From positions 14,198,001-14,262,000 of the forward strand of contig JBHGNT010000005.1 of assembly GCA_043228905.1 (NCBI GenBank): a stretch of DNA of 64,000 bases, read 5' to 3'. Positions 1-13,210 of the stretch are shown here, piece after piece. This stretch comes from Azolla caroliniana (taxonomy: Eukaryota; Plantae; Polypodiophyta). Below the pieces are notes generated by a model. It was given only the letters and a program-made list of their open reading frames with translations. It had not been told where the DNA came from and searched no databases. The translations under genes and the position numbers were made by a program. Every line of letters starts with the position of its first letter. The stretch's first letter is position 1.

Positions 1-1760
1 CAATGTCAAGTGTTCATCGGGAGCCAACTCTTTTGCTATTTTTAGTGTTCTCGGATCCGTGATGGTACCGAGATTAATCTCTTCTAGGATGGACACTTTC
101 ACTTGTTGAGATATGGCTAGTTCTCGTTCGAGCGCTTCACGTGCATACCGTAATTCTTCGATCGATTTCGGATCGGGTTCTTGATCTATCTCTCCCTCTT
201 CCGTCACCTCGAAAACATAAGGGTTCACGATTGTTACGATATTGATGTCAAACAATGGAATAATCTATGGGTGATCCTCTAGAAAGTAGTCAACCTCCTC
301 CTCAGCTAGTCCATCGAGCATGTGAACACCTTCCACATATAGGGGAGTGGTATCCTTTGGGTTGTGGATTTGCTCTTCCGTGATGACACGTACCATAGTT
401 TTCCCCCACCGGAACAAGATCATATTGCATTGCCATTGTTGCTTAATGTTGGTCGTGTGTAACCAAGGATGGCCGAGTAGCATCGGGTAAGTGCTAGGAG
501 CATCCAACCGTAACATTACTGCTGAAATCGTGAAGGTGTGGCCTCCAAGAATAAAATCAAGGTGGCGGATTAAACCCATCAGCCTAACGAATCGTGTATC
601 CGCCATAGGTAGGTTTTGAGGGAGCGGATGCGCTGATAGTGATGTCCTTCATTTTGGTATTCATGTGGTCGACATTGGCATTATTAGTTTTTTCAATCCT
701 CTCCTTCGCGGGTTGCCAGATTTCATCCTGGACTTCCCTGGCATGTGTTGGGCCTTGCTTCGTGTTGTGACCTGTTGTAGTTCGGCCGTAATGATATTAA
801 CGGTGGGCCCTTTGCCGCGATCATTGACCGGACAATGGGTGGTAGAATCCCAGGTTGATTATAGTTAAAACATGTGATCTGTGCCGAGTTGCTTGATTCC
901 CCTTACTCGAATTGAGGTGTTTGATACGATCAGGGGTTTTCTTCTCTGAGCAGCACGGCATACTACTGTGCTAGATGGGAATCTTCCTGAGGCTCGATGT
1001 TGGAAGGCAGTTGACAATGGTTTGGACGCGGTCGGTCTCAACGTCGATTATCTTGAGGTTGTTGATTATTTCTTGATTGCCGATGACCTCGATTATGTTG
1101 GGGAGGCCGCCAATCGTGCCTTTGGTCGGAACAATGTCTTGGGTCATAATCGTCGTTCCGATCGCATCGATAATAGTCATCCACTAGTTGATAGCGGTCC
1201 TCTCTAGGCCGATAACGATCTTCCTAGGGCTGGTACCGATTTTCTGGCTGGTAACGATCCTCCTAGGGTTGCTTCTGATTGTTTGGCTGATAGCTATCCT
1301 CCTCAAGCTGATACATATCCTCACGGCGTCGTCGTATCGGGGTCGTTCGGCTTCCCGCAATCTACATGGCAGATGATCACGATCATCCTATCGATGGCGA
1401 TTGTAGCGGAGTTCGATTTGGCATACCGAAGTGGTGGTTGTGCGATTCAACATATTATGTTCACATTGTTCCACCGTATGCGTGCGGGAGTTGCAGATCG
1501 GGCACTACGGTCGAAAAGTGCAATCTACGGGTAAGTGGCTGGAATTCGAGCATGTCGTGAATTGGATTGCCTACAGAAATTGGGTTTCTTCGTGTGTTCG
1601 CAAGGCGTTTTGGAGTGAGCCCATTGAGAAATATGTACTAGTTTGAGCTTTGTCCAATGTGAGGACACGAGTGACCACCTACTCGATTGTTTGTTGTGAG
1701 AAGTCGGTTAGTATTGGGGAAACCATGTCCCTCCGGATGGGATGAGCCGAATCGAAGAGC
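1..1760 (-). mobile_element. Decayed Gypsy gag-protease remnant (same lineage as 21348-24827)
   Basis: ORF 265-606 (MADTRFVRLMGLIRHLDFILGGHTF...YPMLLGHPWL) is a retropepsin C-terminus homologous to ORF 23586-24200. The upstream R/D/N-rich gag tail resembles 22800-23400. Boundaries approximate. Confidence 0.7.
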
Positions 1761-1785
1761 AAGCTCAGCCGAGCATGAAAATCAA

Positions 1786-4700
1786 TTTCACGAAGCAATC
1801 AACCGCGCAGTGAGATGCGACAATCGCCTCTTCAAACGACGTTCAGAACATCAGTTCCAGATGCCAAGGGCAAGATTTGAGCCTACCTACGCCTCACTGG
1901 TAGCGAAACCTTTTCCGAGGGATTCATATAATGCGCCTCAAGTAAGTACTCCAACTCCGATGGCAATTGACACCACACGTCGTCGTGGACTACTATCGAA
2001 AGAAGAAAAGCAACGACGCCGAGCAAACCGACTACGTCTTTATTGCGGTGGACCAGGGCATATCGCAGTAAACTGTCCCCATAGGCCAAGAAGGCAGGTA
2101 AACCAAATGGTTGCTAGTTCTGATTGTACTAAACCCGAGTCTATTTCAGTAGGGATATTTGATAGTCCTAATAGTACTAATAGCCCATATCCAACGAACA
2201 AATTTGATGTCCTTAGTCAGTTAGAGGAAGAGTTAAACGACTAAGTCCAACCAAAATAGGAGCCGTTTGGTTGGACAGCACTAGATCTGTGCAGCCCATT
2301 AGTGATTCCATTCCCTCTAAGCAAGTTAGCAATGTGTTCGTAGCCCAAGTAACAGTTAGTACTAAAAGTACCCCTCCAGTACATGTCTTAACACTTCTAG
2401 ATTCCAGAACTAATTCCTGCTTCATGGATAGGAACTTTGCCCAAGCTCATCAGATATCACTCAGAAATCTCCCGTGTCCAGCCTCTGTAGTAGTCATTGA
2501 TGGTAATCCCATTGCTTCTGGAAATATCATAGAAGAGTCAAAGCCCGTTAATATTGTCCTAGATAATTTAGCATGTGTAGTATCATTTAATATAATTAGC
2601 ATCCCAGAACACCCCATTGTTTTAGGATTACCATGGTTCGAATTACATAACCCAAACATAGATTGGAGAACAAGAGAAATCCGGTATCGAAAAGCCCGAG
2701 GGTCTACTCATGAGATTGCAACCATTTCGCTACATCAGTTGGGGGAAGAAGGACGCAAGGAAGAAATGTTTCTCTTCGCAATATCAGTAAAGCCCTTAGA
2801 CACCATTAAAGAGGAGTCCACCGTTCAACTTCAAAAGAAGTATCATCATTATGCCGATGTGTTCGATAAAGTACAAGCTAATACGCTTCCTCACCATCGA
2901 CCGTATAATTGCCCCATCGATTTACAACCGGGGAAAGAGCCACCATGGGGACCGATCTACAATTTTTCACCAACCGAGCTAGAAGTCCTGCGAGCCTATA
3001 TAGAGGAGAATTTGGAAAATGGTTTCATTTGGCATTCGAAATCTCCAGCTGGCGCACCCATTTTCTTCGTCAAGAAAAAGGATGGATCACTTCGTCTCGT
3101 TGTAGATTATCGTGGCTTGAACAAGGTTAAAATCAGAAATAGGTATGCACTTCGCCTTATCTCAAGTCTTTTAGAATGGATCAATGGTGCTAGGTTCTTC
3201 ACGAAGATCGACTTACAAGGAGCCTATAACCTCGTACGGATCCGACCAGGAGATGAATGGAAGACCGCATTTCGCACCAGATATGGGCACTTCGAGTATA
3301 CGGTCATGCCGTTCGGCCTCACTAATGTGCCAGCAGTCTTCCAACACATGGCAAATGATATATTCCGAGATCTCTTGGATGTTTATTTGATCATCTATTT
3401 GGATGATCTACTGGTTTATTCAAAGACCCAAGAAGAGCATGACTCTCATGTACTGTTAGTACTAAAACGACTTCGAGAACATGGTCTTTATACAAAGCTG
3501 GAAAAATGTAGTTTTAGGTGCAGCCAGGAAGAATTTTTGGGCTATGTCATTTCTTCGGAAGGCATCTCCATGGACCCAGCTAAGGTCAAAATTGTCGTAG
3601 AGTGGTAGACTCCACATTCGGTGCGAGATGTGCAATGCCAATTTTTACCGGAAGTTCATACAAGATTACTCAAAGCTCCTTTTGCCTCTCACACAACTTA
3701 CCAAGAAGGGACAATCGTTCGTTTGGTCTAAAGAAGCGGACATGGCTTTCAAAAGTCTTAAAAAGGCATATACATTGGCTCCAACTCTAGCTCATGTCGA
3801 TCTGGAAAAACCATTCATTATCGAAGCAGACGCATCGGATTTCGCATTGGGGAGCATTTTGTCACAAAGGGGTAATGATGAGAAGCTACATCCTGTGGCT
3901 TTTCACTCATGCAAGTTTGACGCCGCCGAAATCAACTACGAAATTCATGATTAGGAGCTATTGGCAATAGTGGACTCTTTTACGCAATGGAGGCATGTTT
4001 TAGAGGGATCCTCTCATCAAGTCAATGTATTTAGTGACCACAAAAACCTTGCCTACTTTCAAGACACTCGTGTGTTAAATCGACGTCAAGCTCGGTGGGC
4101 CCACTTCCTCACGCGTTTCGACTTCAAAATTACATATCGTCCGGGGAAGCACCAAGGGAAGGCGGATGCATTATCACGGCGTTCATACCTAGCACCGCGT
4201 CCCGGCGAGCCAACTTTTGATAACCAAAAGCAAGTAATCTTGGGACCGACACGACTGCAACCAACACAGGTCTTTGGCATGCCCATGGATTCCCACATTA
4301 TCAATACTATACGTGAGGACTTGAAGATCGATTCTTTTGCCCAAGCCATTCTAGCACTAATTGATCCCTCTCGAGCATCTTGTTCACAATCGCAACCACC
4401 AGGTACGGACTATCGGCAATTCAAATACCATGATGGATTACTATTCTTTAATAAACTGTTGTATGTTCCTAATGGTTCTTGCCGCCTTCAAGTAGTCCAA
4501 AACTGTCATGACACATATATAGTTGGGCATTTTGGTAGTACTAAAACATTAGATTTAGTACAACGATCATTTTGGTGGCTCCGTATGCGACAATTTGTCG
4601 AAGATTTTGTTCGGACTTGTGATATATGCTGCAGAGCGAAAATGTCAAGGCATCATCCATATGGTTTATTAGAACCATTACCAATTCCAAGCAAGCCGTG

Positions 4701-5282
4701 ACAATCCATTGCTCTAGACTTCATCACAGATCTGCCAGTCTCTAAGGGGTTCAATGCAATTCTAACAGTCGTAGATCGATATATGAAGATGGTTCATTTC
4801 TTGACATGCACTAAGGAAATATCCAGTGAGGAAACCACTGAAATTGTCATGCGTGAAGTCTGTCGACATCATGGCCTTCCCGATAGTATCATCAGCGACT
4901 GTGGACCGTAGTTCATATTGAAATTCTGGAAGCACCTTTTTAAAATGCTCAAGGTCACTTGTAACCTCTCCTCCGCCTACCACCCACAAACCGATGGCCA
5001 AGTAGAACGAACAAATCAAACACTGGAACAATATCTTCGGTGCTTTCTAAGCTATCATCAGGATGATTGGGCAGATATTCTCCATTTCGCGAAATTTGCC
5101 TACAATAACTCTATCCACGCATCGACTAAAGTTACACCATTTTATGCTTATACGGGTTCTCACCCCCGGTTGTGTGTATTTTAAACCCTAGAGTTATCCA
5201 CAAATCCTTGCGTAGAGGATCGTTTAGAGCGATTACGCAAGATACAAGCCGATTTATCTACTCATCTCCAACAAGCTCAACA
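1786..5282 (+). mobile_element. Internal fragment of a Tcn1/sushi-like chromovirus (gag C-terminus, PR, RT, RNase H, partial IN); no LTRs
   Basis: ORFs 1687-2244 (degenerate zinc knuckle LYCGGPGHIAVNCP), 2271-3608 (LLDS protease, YLDD RT), 3628-3954, 3961-4701 and 4918-5184 are closely similar to the intact pol at 26313-29870, with stops and frameshifts. Confidence 0.93.
2232..2276 (+). other. Putative -1 ribosomal frameshift signal at the gag/pol junction
   Basis: G_TTA_AAC (2232-2238), a 6-nt spacer containing the gag stop, and a perfect 11-bp stem GTCCAACCAAA/TTTGGTTGGAC. pol is in the -1 frame. Same arrangement at 17162-17206 and 29865-29909. Confidence 0.8.
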
Positions 5283-5292
5283 CCAGATGGTG

Positions 5293-5631
5293 GTAGCTAA
5301 TTAGCTACCACTTAGTTATAGTGGCTAATTAGCTACTACTATACTTTAGCTGAATCACTAATTAGCTAACTAGTAGCTAATTAGCTACTACCATACTTTA
5401 GCCAATTTTGGTAGCTAATTAGCTATTGTTATAGGCAGCTAATTAGGTATTGTGGTAGCTAAATAGCTATGAATGGTAGCTAAATAGCTATGTTCAATAT
5501 ACTTAGGGAGCTAATTAGCTATTTTGGTAGCTAATTAGCTATTACTGGTAGCTAGTTAGCTATGGGCATATTCAGAGGTAGGTAATTAGCTATTCGGGTA
5601 TGGTCATATTCAGAGGTAGCTAATAAGCTAA
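5293..5631. repeat. Array of the 14-bp palindrome TAGCTAATTAGCTA and variants
   Basis: About a dozen variant copies (~19 TAGCTA hexamers counted by eye) with irregular spacers. Confidence 0.9.
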
Positions 5632-6574
5632 CTAACTAAGCTCAAAATTCAAAACAAATGTTGAGATAAATGTAAATACTTGAGGTACATCAAGAAGATG
5701 AATGGGATGCTCCTCGTATTGACTCCTTCCAACACGTTTCCTGCATAAATCCTTCTTATTGGGTGAAACCCTACTCTCATTAGTCCAAAATATTGTGATT
5801 ATATCCTTGATTTCTGATGTTATGGGTGTCATTGGCTTACATCTTGTTGTTAGCTTTAGCAGACTAGTTCCTTCACCCGAAGAAACTATCCAGTTCAATA
5901 TATTCTACATACTTTTTCTACTAACACCAATTACCTTAGATAGCACATTGATTTGAATATCGTCAACATCACTATTAAGTAACATCATTAGAGTAGACCT
6001 TTTTAAGACAAGATCATCTTCTGACCTCCTCATGGATACGAAACTAGTACATATGTTATGTTTACATTAAGACCATCACAATCAACTAACTCCTTTATCA
6101 ATGGATCATTTAATATTCCGTAAAGTACTACCTTCTTGTCTTCATTGCTGATGTGCTTGGTTTGAACATTGAAATAGTCTACAACCTTTCTCTCTATGAT
6201 AGTAGTCTCATTACTTCCATTCTCGTGATATTTAGACCTATATCCCAACCAATACTATCTTTACCTTTTGTGAGTGTGACTTTCATATCCTTCAACAATT
6301 GACGATGTTTCTTTTTTCTACCCAATACTTTCGTATCGCTTGTTGTGTCCTGATAGCGTCATCCCTATCTTGATGATCATTGAGGGGTAATTCTAAACAC
6401 CCTCCTTCCCCTTCCATTTGGCTTGATGGGTTTAAACCCTAATTTTCTCGAAAAAAAGACATGTATTAAAGATGGCTATGGGCAACAACTATACACAAAA
6501 ATATTCCGCAATACACAAGATTATATAGAACAATACACAAGATAATCAATAGACAGAATAGTTATTCAAATCCA

Positions 6575-7535
6575 AGACCGAACAATGGCGGTAATCTAGG
6601 GCCGAATAGTGGTGGCAACTAAGTGTAGAATGGCAATAGTGGAGTGAACTCCGTTTGATCGAACAATTTTGACAATGATCCAGGACCGAACAATGGCAGC
6701 AACTCAGTGTAGAATAATGGCAATGGAGAAGTGACTTCCATCGGATCGAACAGTGGCAGATGGTGCTTGGAACGCACAGTGACAACAACTGAGAGTAGAA
6801 TGGCAGCAGTGGAGAAGGAGTGAACTCCTTCGGATCGAAAAGTGGCAGCAATACACCACCGAACAGTACCAACAACTAAGTGTAGAATGATGGCAATGGA
6901 TGAGTGAACTCCGTGAAATCGAACAATGGCAGATGATGCTTGGAACTCACAGTGACGACAACTGAGAGTACAATGGCGGCAGTGGAGAAGGAGTGAACTC
7001 CCTCAAATCGAAAAGTGGCAGCAATACACGACCAAACAGTAGCGGCAACTAGGTCTAGAATGATGGCAATGGATGACTAAACTCCGTCAAATCGAAAAGT
7101 GGCAGCAATCTAGGACCGGTCACAAAATAGTAGTGGCAAGTGAGTGTAGAATGATGGCAATGGAGGAGTGAACTCCGTCAGATCGAATAGTGGTAGATGA
7201 TGATTGGAATGCACAATGATGGCAAGTGAGAGTAGAGTGGCGGTAGTGGAGAAGGAGTTAACTCCGTCGGATCGAAAAGTGGCAGCAATATACGACCTTC
7301 ACAGTAGCGGCAACTGAGTGTACAATGGCGGCAATGGAGGAGTGAACTTGGCAGATAATGCTTGGACTGAACAGTGGCGATAACTGAGTGTAAAATGGTG
7401 GCAATGGAGGAGTGAACTCCGTCGGATCGAATAGTGGTAGATGATACATGGACCACTCAGTGTTGGTAATTGACTATAGAATGGCGGCAATGGAGGAGTG
7501 GACTCAATAGGGTTTAGCAACAATGGTAGTAATCT
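6575..7535. repeat. Degenerate minisatellite (~60-85 bp units)
   Basis: Recurring GAACAGTGGCAGCAACTGAGTGTAGAATGGCGGCAATGGAGGAGTGAACTCCGTCGGATCG-like blocks. These produce the repeated PLFDPTEFTPPLPPFY peptides in the ORF track. Confidence 0.85.
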
Positions 7536-7869
7536 AAGCGAGAATACTCAACCAAAGATGGTCCACGTGATGTGGCAAAGGATCATGCATAATGGACCTA
7601 AGAATTCGGTATATAATTTATGGTGCACATTTGTGGTGCAGATATCAATTTATGTTGCACATTTATTTATGTAGCTTTTTGCATAGCTAATTTATTAATA
7701 GTAGCTTTTTGCAAAAATGACTATTTATCAATGGTAGCTTTTTGCATAGCTAATTAGCTATGTCAAGGACATAGTTAATTATTTCCACTCGCATGCTTTC
7801 ACCCAAAATCATTGAAAAGTACTAAAATCAACCAAAATATTCCTTATCCTTCCATTTATGCGTGATTGT

Positions 7870-8855
7870 TCCACTTGTGAACGCGAACGTGTTGGTGGAT
7901 CAACACGCAATGTAGGTGGCTGACAAGACCAGAACCGGAGGCACAGAGATAGTGCTGATAGTAGTTCCGAACCCTCCACAAGTAGGAGTCAAAACGGTGC
8001 CGGAAACTAGCAATCAAAAGCCCAACAATCACATCCCAACAATCACAAGGAACCTGGTATCGGTCGGGTAGATCGTCGACCAGGGGATGCAGGTGCAGTT
8101 TACGCAACTTGGGGTGCTTCATCGAGGAAGAAGCCAGGATAATTACGAAAGGGCGCCAGAAGGGGAGGATGTTCATCCTCGACACCAACAACATCGGCAC
8201 CGGTATGTTCACAAATGGACAAAACATCAAATTAGACATCAATCTCTAGCACAAGCAAATCGGCCACGTCAGCTACTGGAAGCTCCAAGACCTGCAATCA
8301 AAACAAGTTATTTTCAGATTGCCGAAATTTAGTGGCCAGAAGGCCCAAATTTGTGAAGCATGCCAGCTTGGGAAGCAACACCGGCTTCCATTCCCCACCA
8401 AAAGAAACCGGAGCCGTAACAAGCTCGATCTAGTACATTCAGATGTATGGGGACCGGAAGAAGAAGATGCTGGAATACACCACCTTCAGAGACGAGTCGG
8501 AATGGAGCGAATCCAACTCCGGAAAGAATGAAGTCGGACCTTTAGGAACAAAGTCCGAGCTGGCCAAGAGGGCCTTGCAATCAGCGAACGTGAAGGTACG
8601 CCGACCCACCCGCTAGAAGAACCACGTAAAAAGCTATGGATATAATGAGTACATGTCGCATCACTATGCGTACATGACGAAAGTGGCGGAAGTGCGTGAG
8701 CTGGAGAGCTACATAGAAGCGGCAAAAGACACACAATGGCGTGCCGCTATGGAGGAAGAGATGCGGGCACTTGATGCCACGAACAAGTGGCACTTGATGC
8801 GGGCACTTGATGACACGTGGGACTTGGTTGACCCTCGGTGACATTGTAAACTAAC
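7870..8855 (+). mobile_element. Copia fragment (pre-integrase region, IN start, RT start), internally deleted
   Basis: ICEACQLGKQHRLPF...LDLVHSDVWGP (8319-8531) and ESYIEAAKDTQWRAAMEEEMRAL (8653-8841); homologous to 40900-41600. Confidence 0.85.
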
Positions 8856-11800
8856 ATGAAAGGGTTAGAACCGACATACTATCAACACCAGATCCATCTG
8901 TAGCATGATGCATGACCCGTCCAACAACACCATTACAGAAGGAATCCTAATTATGCAGCAAAAGTGAAAGAGGAAATCAACAAGATCCTTCATGTGGGAT
9001 TCATTCGACCAATGAAACATGCAACATGGCTAAGTCCCATCATGGTCATTGCAAAGAAAAATGGAAAACTAAGGGTATGTGTCGATTATAGGAAGCTGAA
9101 TGTGGCGACCATCACTGATGTTTTACTCTTCCATTTATAGATCGTGTGCTCGATACTTTGGTGCCCATGAGCAATATAGCTTCTTGGATGGGTTCAGTAG
9201 GTACAATCAGATCTACATGCACCTTGATGACCAAGAAAATACAACCTTCGTAACTTAATGCGGTGTGTTCGTCGCAGTCGTGATGATGTTCACATTAAAA
9301 ACGACACTGGCCATATTTCAACGTATCATTGCCGAAATTTCGGCGACTACATTCCAACATTCATGCAAGTGTTCCTTAGTGATTTTGCAATTTATGGCCG
9401 ACAAATAGAACATCTCGCCCAATTACGCCTTTGTCTCGAACATTGTCGACAAGCTGGGCTCAGTCTGAACCGGTTGTGGAACCCCCCGATCAGTCACAAC
9501 CATTCCATGTGTTTGTCGATGCTTTCTACGTGGCTATCGAAAACACTCTAATATACATGATACCCCAAACTGGTGTCGGCCAGTGTACTACAATAGCAAA
9601 CGACTTTCGGCCGCCAAAAGGAACTATTTGTTATTAGATATACAACATAACAAAGATTCGACCCTATCTGCTATCAGATATACAACACGAAGCTCTCAGA
9701 ATGATATACATCATAACAAAGTTTCGGCAATATCTGCTCAGCCGAAAATTTACGTTCCACGTCGATCACTCGACCTTGCTATATTTAGTCACCAAGCAGG
9801 TGTTGACCGATCAACTGATACGATGGATGTTACTTTTACAAGAGTTCGAATTCGACATACACCATCAACGAAGGGTACAACATGCGGTAGCGGACTATCT
9901 AAGTCGGCTTGAATCAGGGGAACCAGCCGAAACCGTGTATGACGATCTGCCTAACGCTGACATTTTCGGTATTGACCCCCCACCCAACGTGCCGTCTCCA
10001 AGGATGGGTGGATAGGTAACATGATTCATGTCCTTAGCACGGGACTTCCACCCGAACACTTGCCCCTCGAACATGATTCATGTCCTTAGCACGGGAATCA
10101 ATATATGATATTTCCAATAGACTATTGCACTAAGTGGGTCGAAGCCAAAGTGCTTTGGGACAACACGGCTATGTTGACAACAAAATTCGTTTACGAAACT
10201 TATGGTGCCGTTTTGGTTTCCCCATCGAGCTCGTCAGCAACCAAGAGGGCCATTTCCTCAATTAAATTATCCAAGAACTCACAACTCATTACGTGGTGGT
10301 CCATAAGAAAAGCATGCCATACTACCCACAAGCCAATGGCCTGCTCGAGTTAACAAATAAAACACTCCAGAACATGCTCAAGAAGATTGTAAACGAAAAT
10401 CAAACCGATCCGCATGATAAGCTACATAGTGCACTTTGGGTGTATCGTACAACATTCAAAACAAGTATCAAGTCCACACCTTTTCATCTGGCTTTCGGCT
10501 TGGAAGTGGTCATACCTATTGAATTCAACGTACCGAGTCTACGAGTACAAATCTCCGAACGACTTCCTGTATCCGAACTAGAGTAGAACCGAGTCGAACA
10601 ATTACTTGAACTCGGAGAACATCAGATTGCCAGTCTAACCCAATTAGAACATGGCCAACGGAAACGAACATCCTTCGTCGACCGCCATTGGAAGGGCTCC
10701 GAGAAATCATACGAAATTGGTAAAGCGGTCCTAGTTTTTCAAACTCGGCTCGGATCGATGCCAGGGAAGCTCCGTTTTCGATGGACAGGTCCTTTCAGGA
10801 TCGTTGAAGAATTGAACGGGTCCTTTATGGTTAAAACCGTATTTCGGCCATACCCCACCCAACCCTTTTGCCAATAAGCAACACAACCACGATCAACCCA
10901 TGGTAGGTGAAACGGAGGATCATAGGGGCCAGTTGCCCCGATCACGGTAACTACCCTACCTACCTCAAAGTGTATACTATGTCAAAAAAGAAAAAGAAAA
11001 AAAAAGAGATCCACTAAGTTAAGTATTTAAGGAGTATGCACGGCATACGAGAAAAGAAAATACAAACGGTTTTTGACACATGGTCTTTAAACCTTATTTT
11101 GCAGGAAAGATTGTGAATCTAGGGCAGAAGACCACATATCGAGAACCAAGGCAAATACATAAAGCAGGGAACCAGAGACACAACTTCTCACAACCCTTGC
11201 TCAGAAGCCTTCTCGCTCTCTTGCTCTCTCGCTCTCAGCCTCAATACTCTCAAACCTCTTCTTACTATTCATCTCCTCAGCCAACCATGTTGCTCAAAGT
11301 TTCCAACGAGCTCCGCACCTACTTAAACATGCATGTCCTGGGTAGATACCTCAAAGTTGTAAATGCACCCCCCACCCCAAGGCACAAGAAATTGGATGTC
11401 GTGTGCATCCTGACACCATAACCAATGACCAGATCAAGTCAGTGTTGGACTTGCAACGAGGCTGGTACAATGACATGAAGGCTCTGCGTCAGAATGTTCT
11501 CGAAGCTTATTTCGGGGAGTACATGGTGTCAGCAAAGGCGTATCATACACAAGGTGGCCCTAACAAGTTCTTGGGTGATCTCGCCAGATTTCTTTTTTAG
11601 TTTAGTTGTGTGCATGCTAATGTGTACAATATGCACGCAGCTAACACATACAACATGCTATAAAAGAAGGCAGGAATAATCATCACTGCCTACAAAGACG
11701 ATGCATTGAATTGGGGAATCATCACAGGGTAAGGAGTTCACGCCAGCTTCTTGGCTTTCAAGGCAGGGAAACAGTTCTTGCTTGCCTTCGCACGCTACTT

Positions 11801-12350
11801 ATCTATGCTTTACCCTCACCAATCCTCTACCACATCCCGCTGAACCCTCACCCTCCCCACCCTGTCCAGCCAGGCGAAACGACAACAAGCTTTAAAATTA
11901 ACTCATGAAGAATGGCAGGGTGATACCCATATCCAAACTCCTACCACGCCACGACTGACCACCGATACTAGGGCCAAGGAGACAGAATACAAACCTATGT
12001 CATCTACCCTAGTGGAAAAACTAAAAGTCAAAGTAGTCAACCCGCAACAGAACCATCGGGAAGAGACCCGGACAACCACAAATGACAACAACCGGTCATC
12101 CAAGAAGCAACCGAAACATCTTTGAGAAGCGTCAGTGGATGGGAAGACACCCTCCCACATGAGCCCCACCAAGAAACATCGTAGGCTGCACCGATGCAGC
12201 GAAGAGCAAAGGAACTCCTCGGCCGAAAACCTCCAATTGGTCGTTGCTTCCGAAAAGATTGTTGTTGTCGTCCCAGACAAAGTCTTGTCCTTGACAGAGA
12301 TTATAGAGAAGGGACATAGTTATCTTCATCCCATCGTGGTCGCCAAAAGG

Positions 12351-12808
12351 TGTTGTAGGTTTTAGGGTTAGGGTTAAGGACGATGATGATGATGAATGAT
12401 AACTATGATGATTGGTAATGAAGATAGACATGGTGATGGAGAGTATGATGGTGAGAGAGATCATATAGAGAAGCATTGCGGGGTGGGGGATGGTGCCTAG
12501 AATGGCCCCACCCCCCTCCCAAGGGGGTTCAACGTGAGAGAGGGAGAGAGAAGAGAAAAGGTGTCAAAGAGAGAGAGATTAGAGAGAAAATGTTCATTCA
12601 TATTTCATTCATTCCCCATAAGGGGTTAAATAGTACAAGAGGGGGTAGATACATAGGGGTGTAAGCCCCCTCGAGCATTCATACTGGACACTCACTCACA
12701 CCTCCTCGTATCCATCCACATGCACACACGTGTGCATGTGTTCACATACGTATAGACTCACAATTACATTTATGTCCCCTACACATACACAACAACATCA
12801 TGATAACA
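12351..12808 (-). mobile_element. Possible solo LTR
   Basis: TGTT...AACA ends, GA-rich tract and minus-strand TATTTAA; interrupts coding-like sequence. No TSD recognised. Confidence 0.4.
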
Positions 12809-13210
12809 TTCGACCCTCGCTCATCACAATGACTCTCCGTACATCTCGTACGGGGTAACAGACAAGTGTCCCATGTCTCGGAGGAAGAAATGATGACCTT
12901 TAGGGACATGGCCGCCAAAGCCTATGAGCTCAGCGTGATCTTATCGCACGACACAACGTACAAGCTAATAGACTTTCTCGCTCGTCTCCAGGTTGCCGCA
13001 GCAACAGGTATGGCCCAGGAACATGCCAAGCAACAAATGGTCCAACGAGCTCGAGTTCAACGAGGAGCCACAACTGCACAAAATCGGCCAGAAACGACAA
13101 ACTACGTCCCATTGTACACGGATCGAGCTACCAATGCTCAACACGCCCCTGGTCGACGCTTACAGAGAACTAGACAAGACGCCCCACACAACTAAAGATA
13201 TGGCGGCCAG

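Larger units (their letters stand above)
5281..7790. mobile_element. Unclassified DNA-transposon-like fragment with subterminal palindrome arrays
   Basis: Interrupts the chromovirus integrase and starts CACCAGATGGTG. TAGCTAATTAGCTA arrays lie at both ends (5293-5631, 7670-7762). Decayed minus-strand coding remnant at 5632-6250. No matching right TIR or TSD found. Confidence 0.4.

Noticed and set aside
6575-7535. CRISPR-like repeat-spacer array or Cys/His-rich protein gene
   Set aside because: Intervening sequences are themselves repeated variants, there are no cas genes, the context is eukaryotic, and the ORFs are by-products of the repeat.
12358-12376. Interstitial telomere (TTTAGGGTTAGGGTTA)
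   Set aside because: Only 2-3 units, inside a probable LTR.
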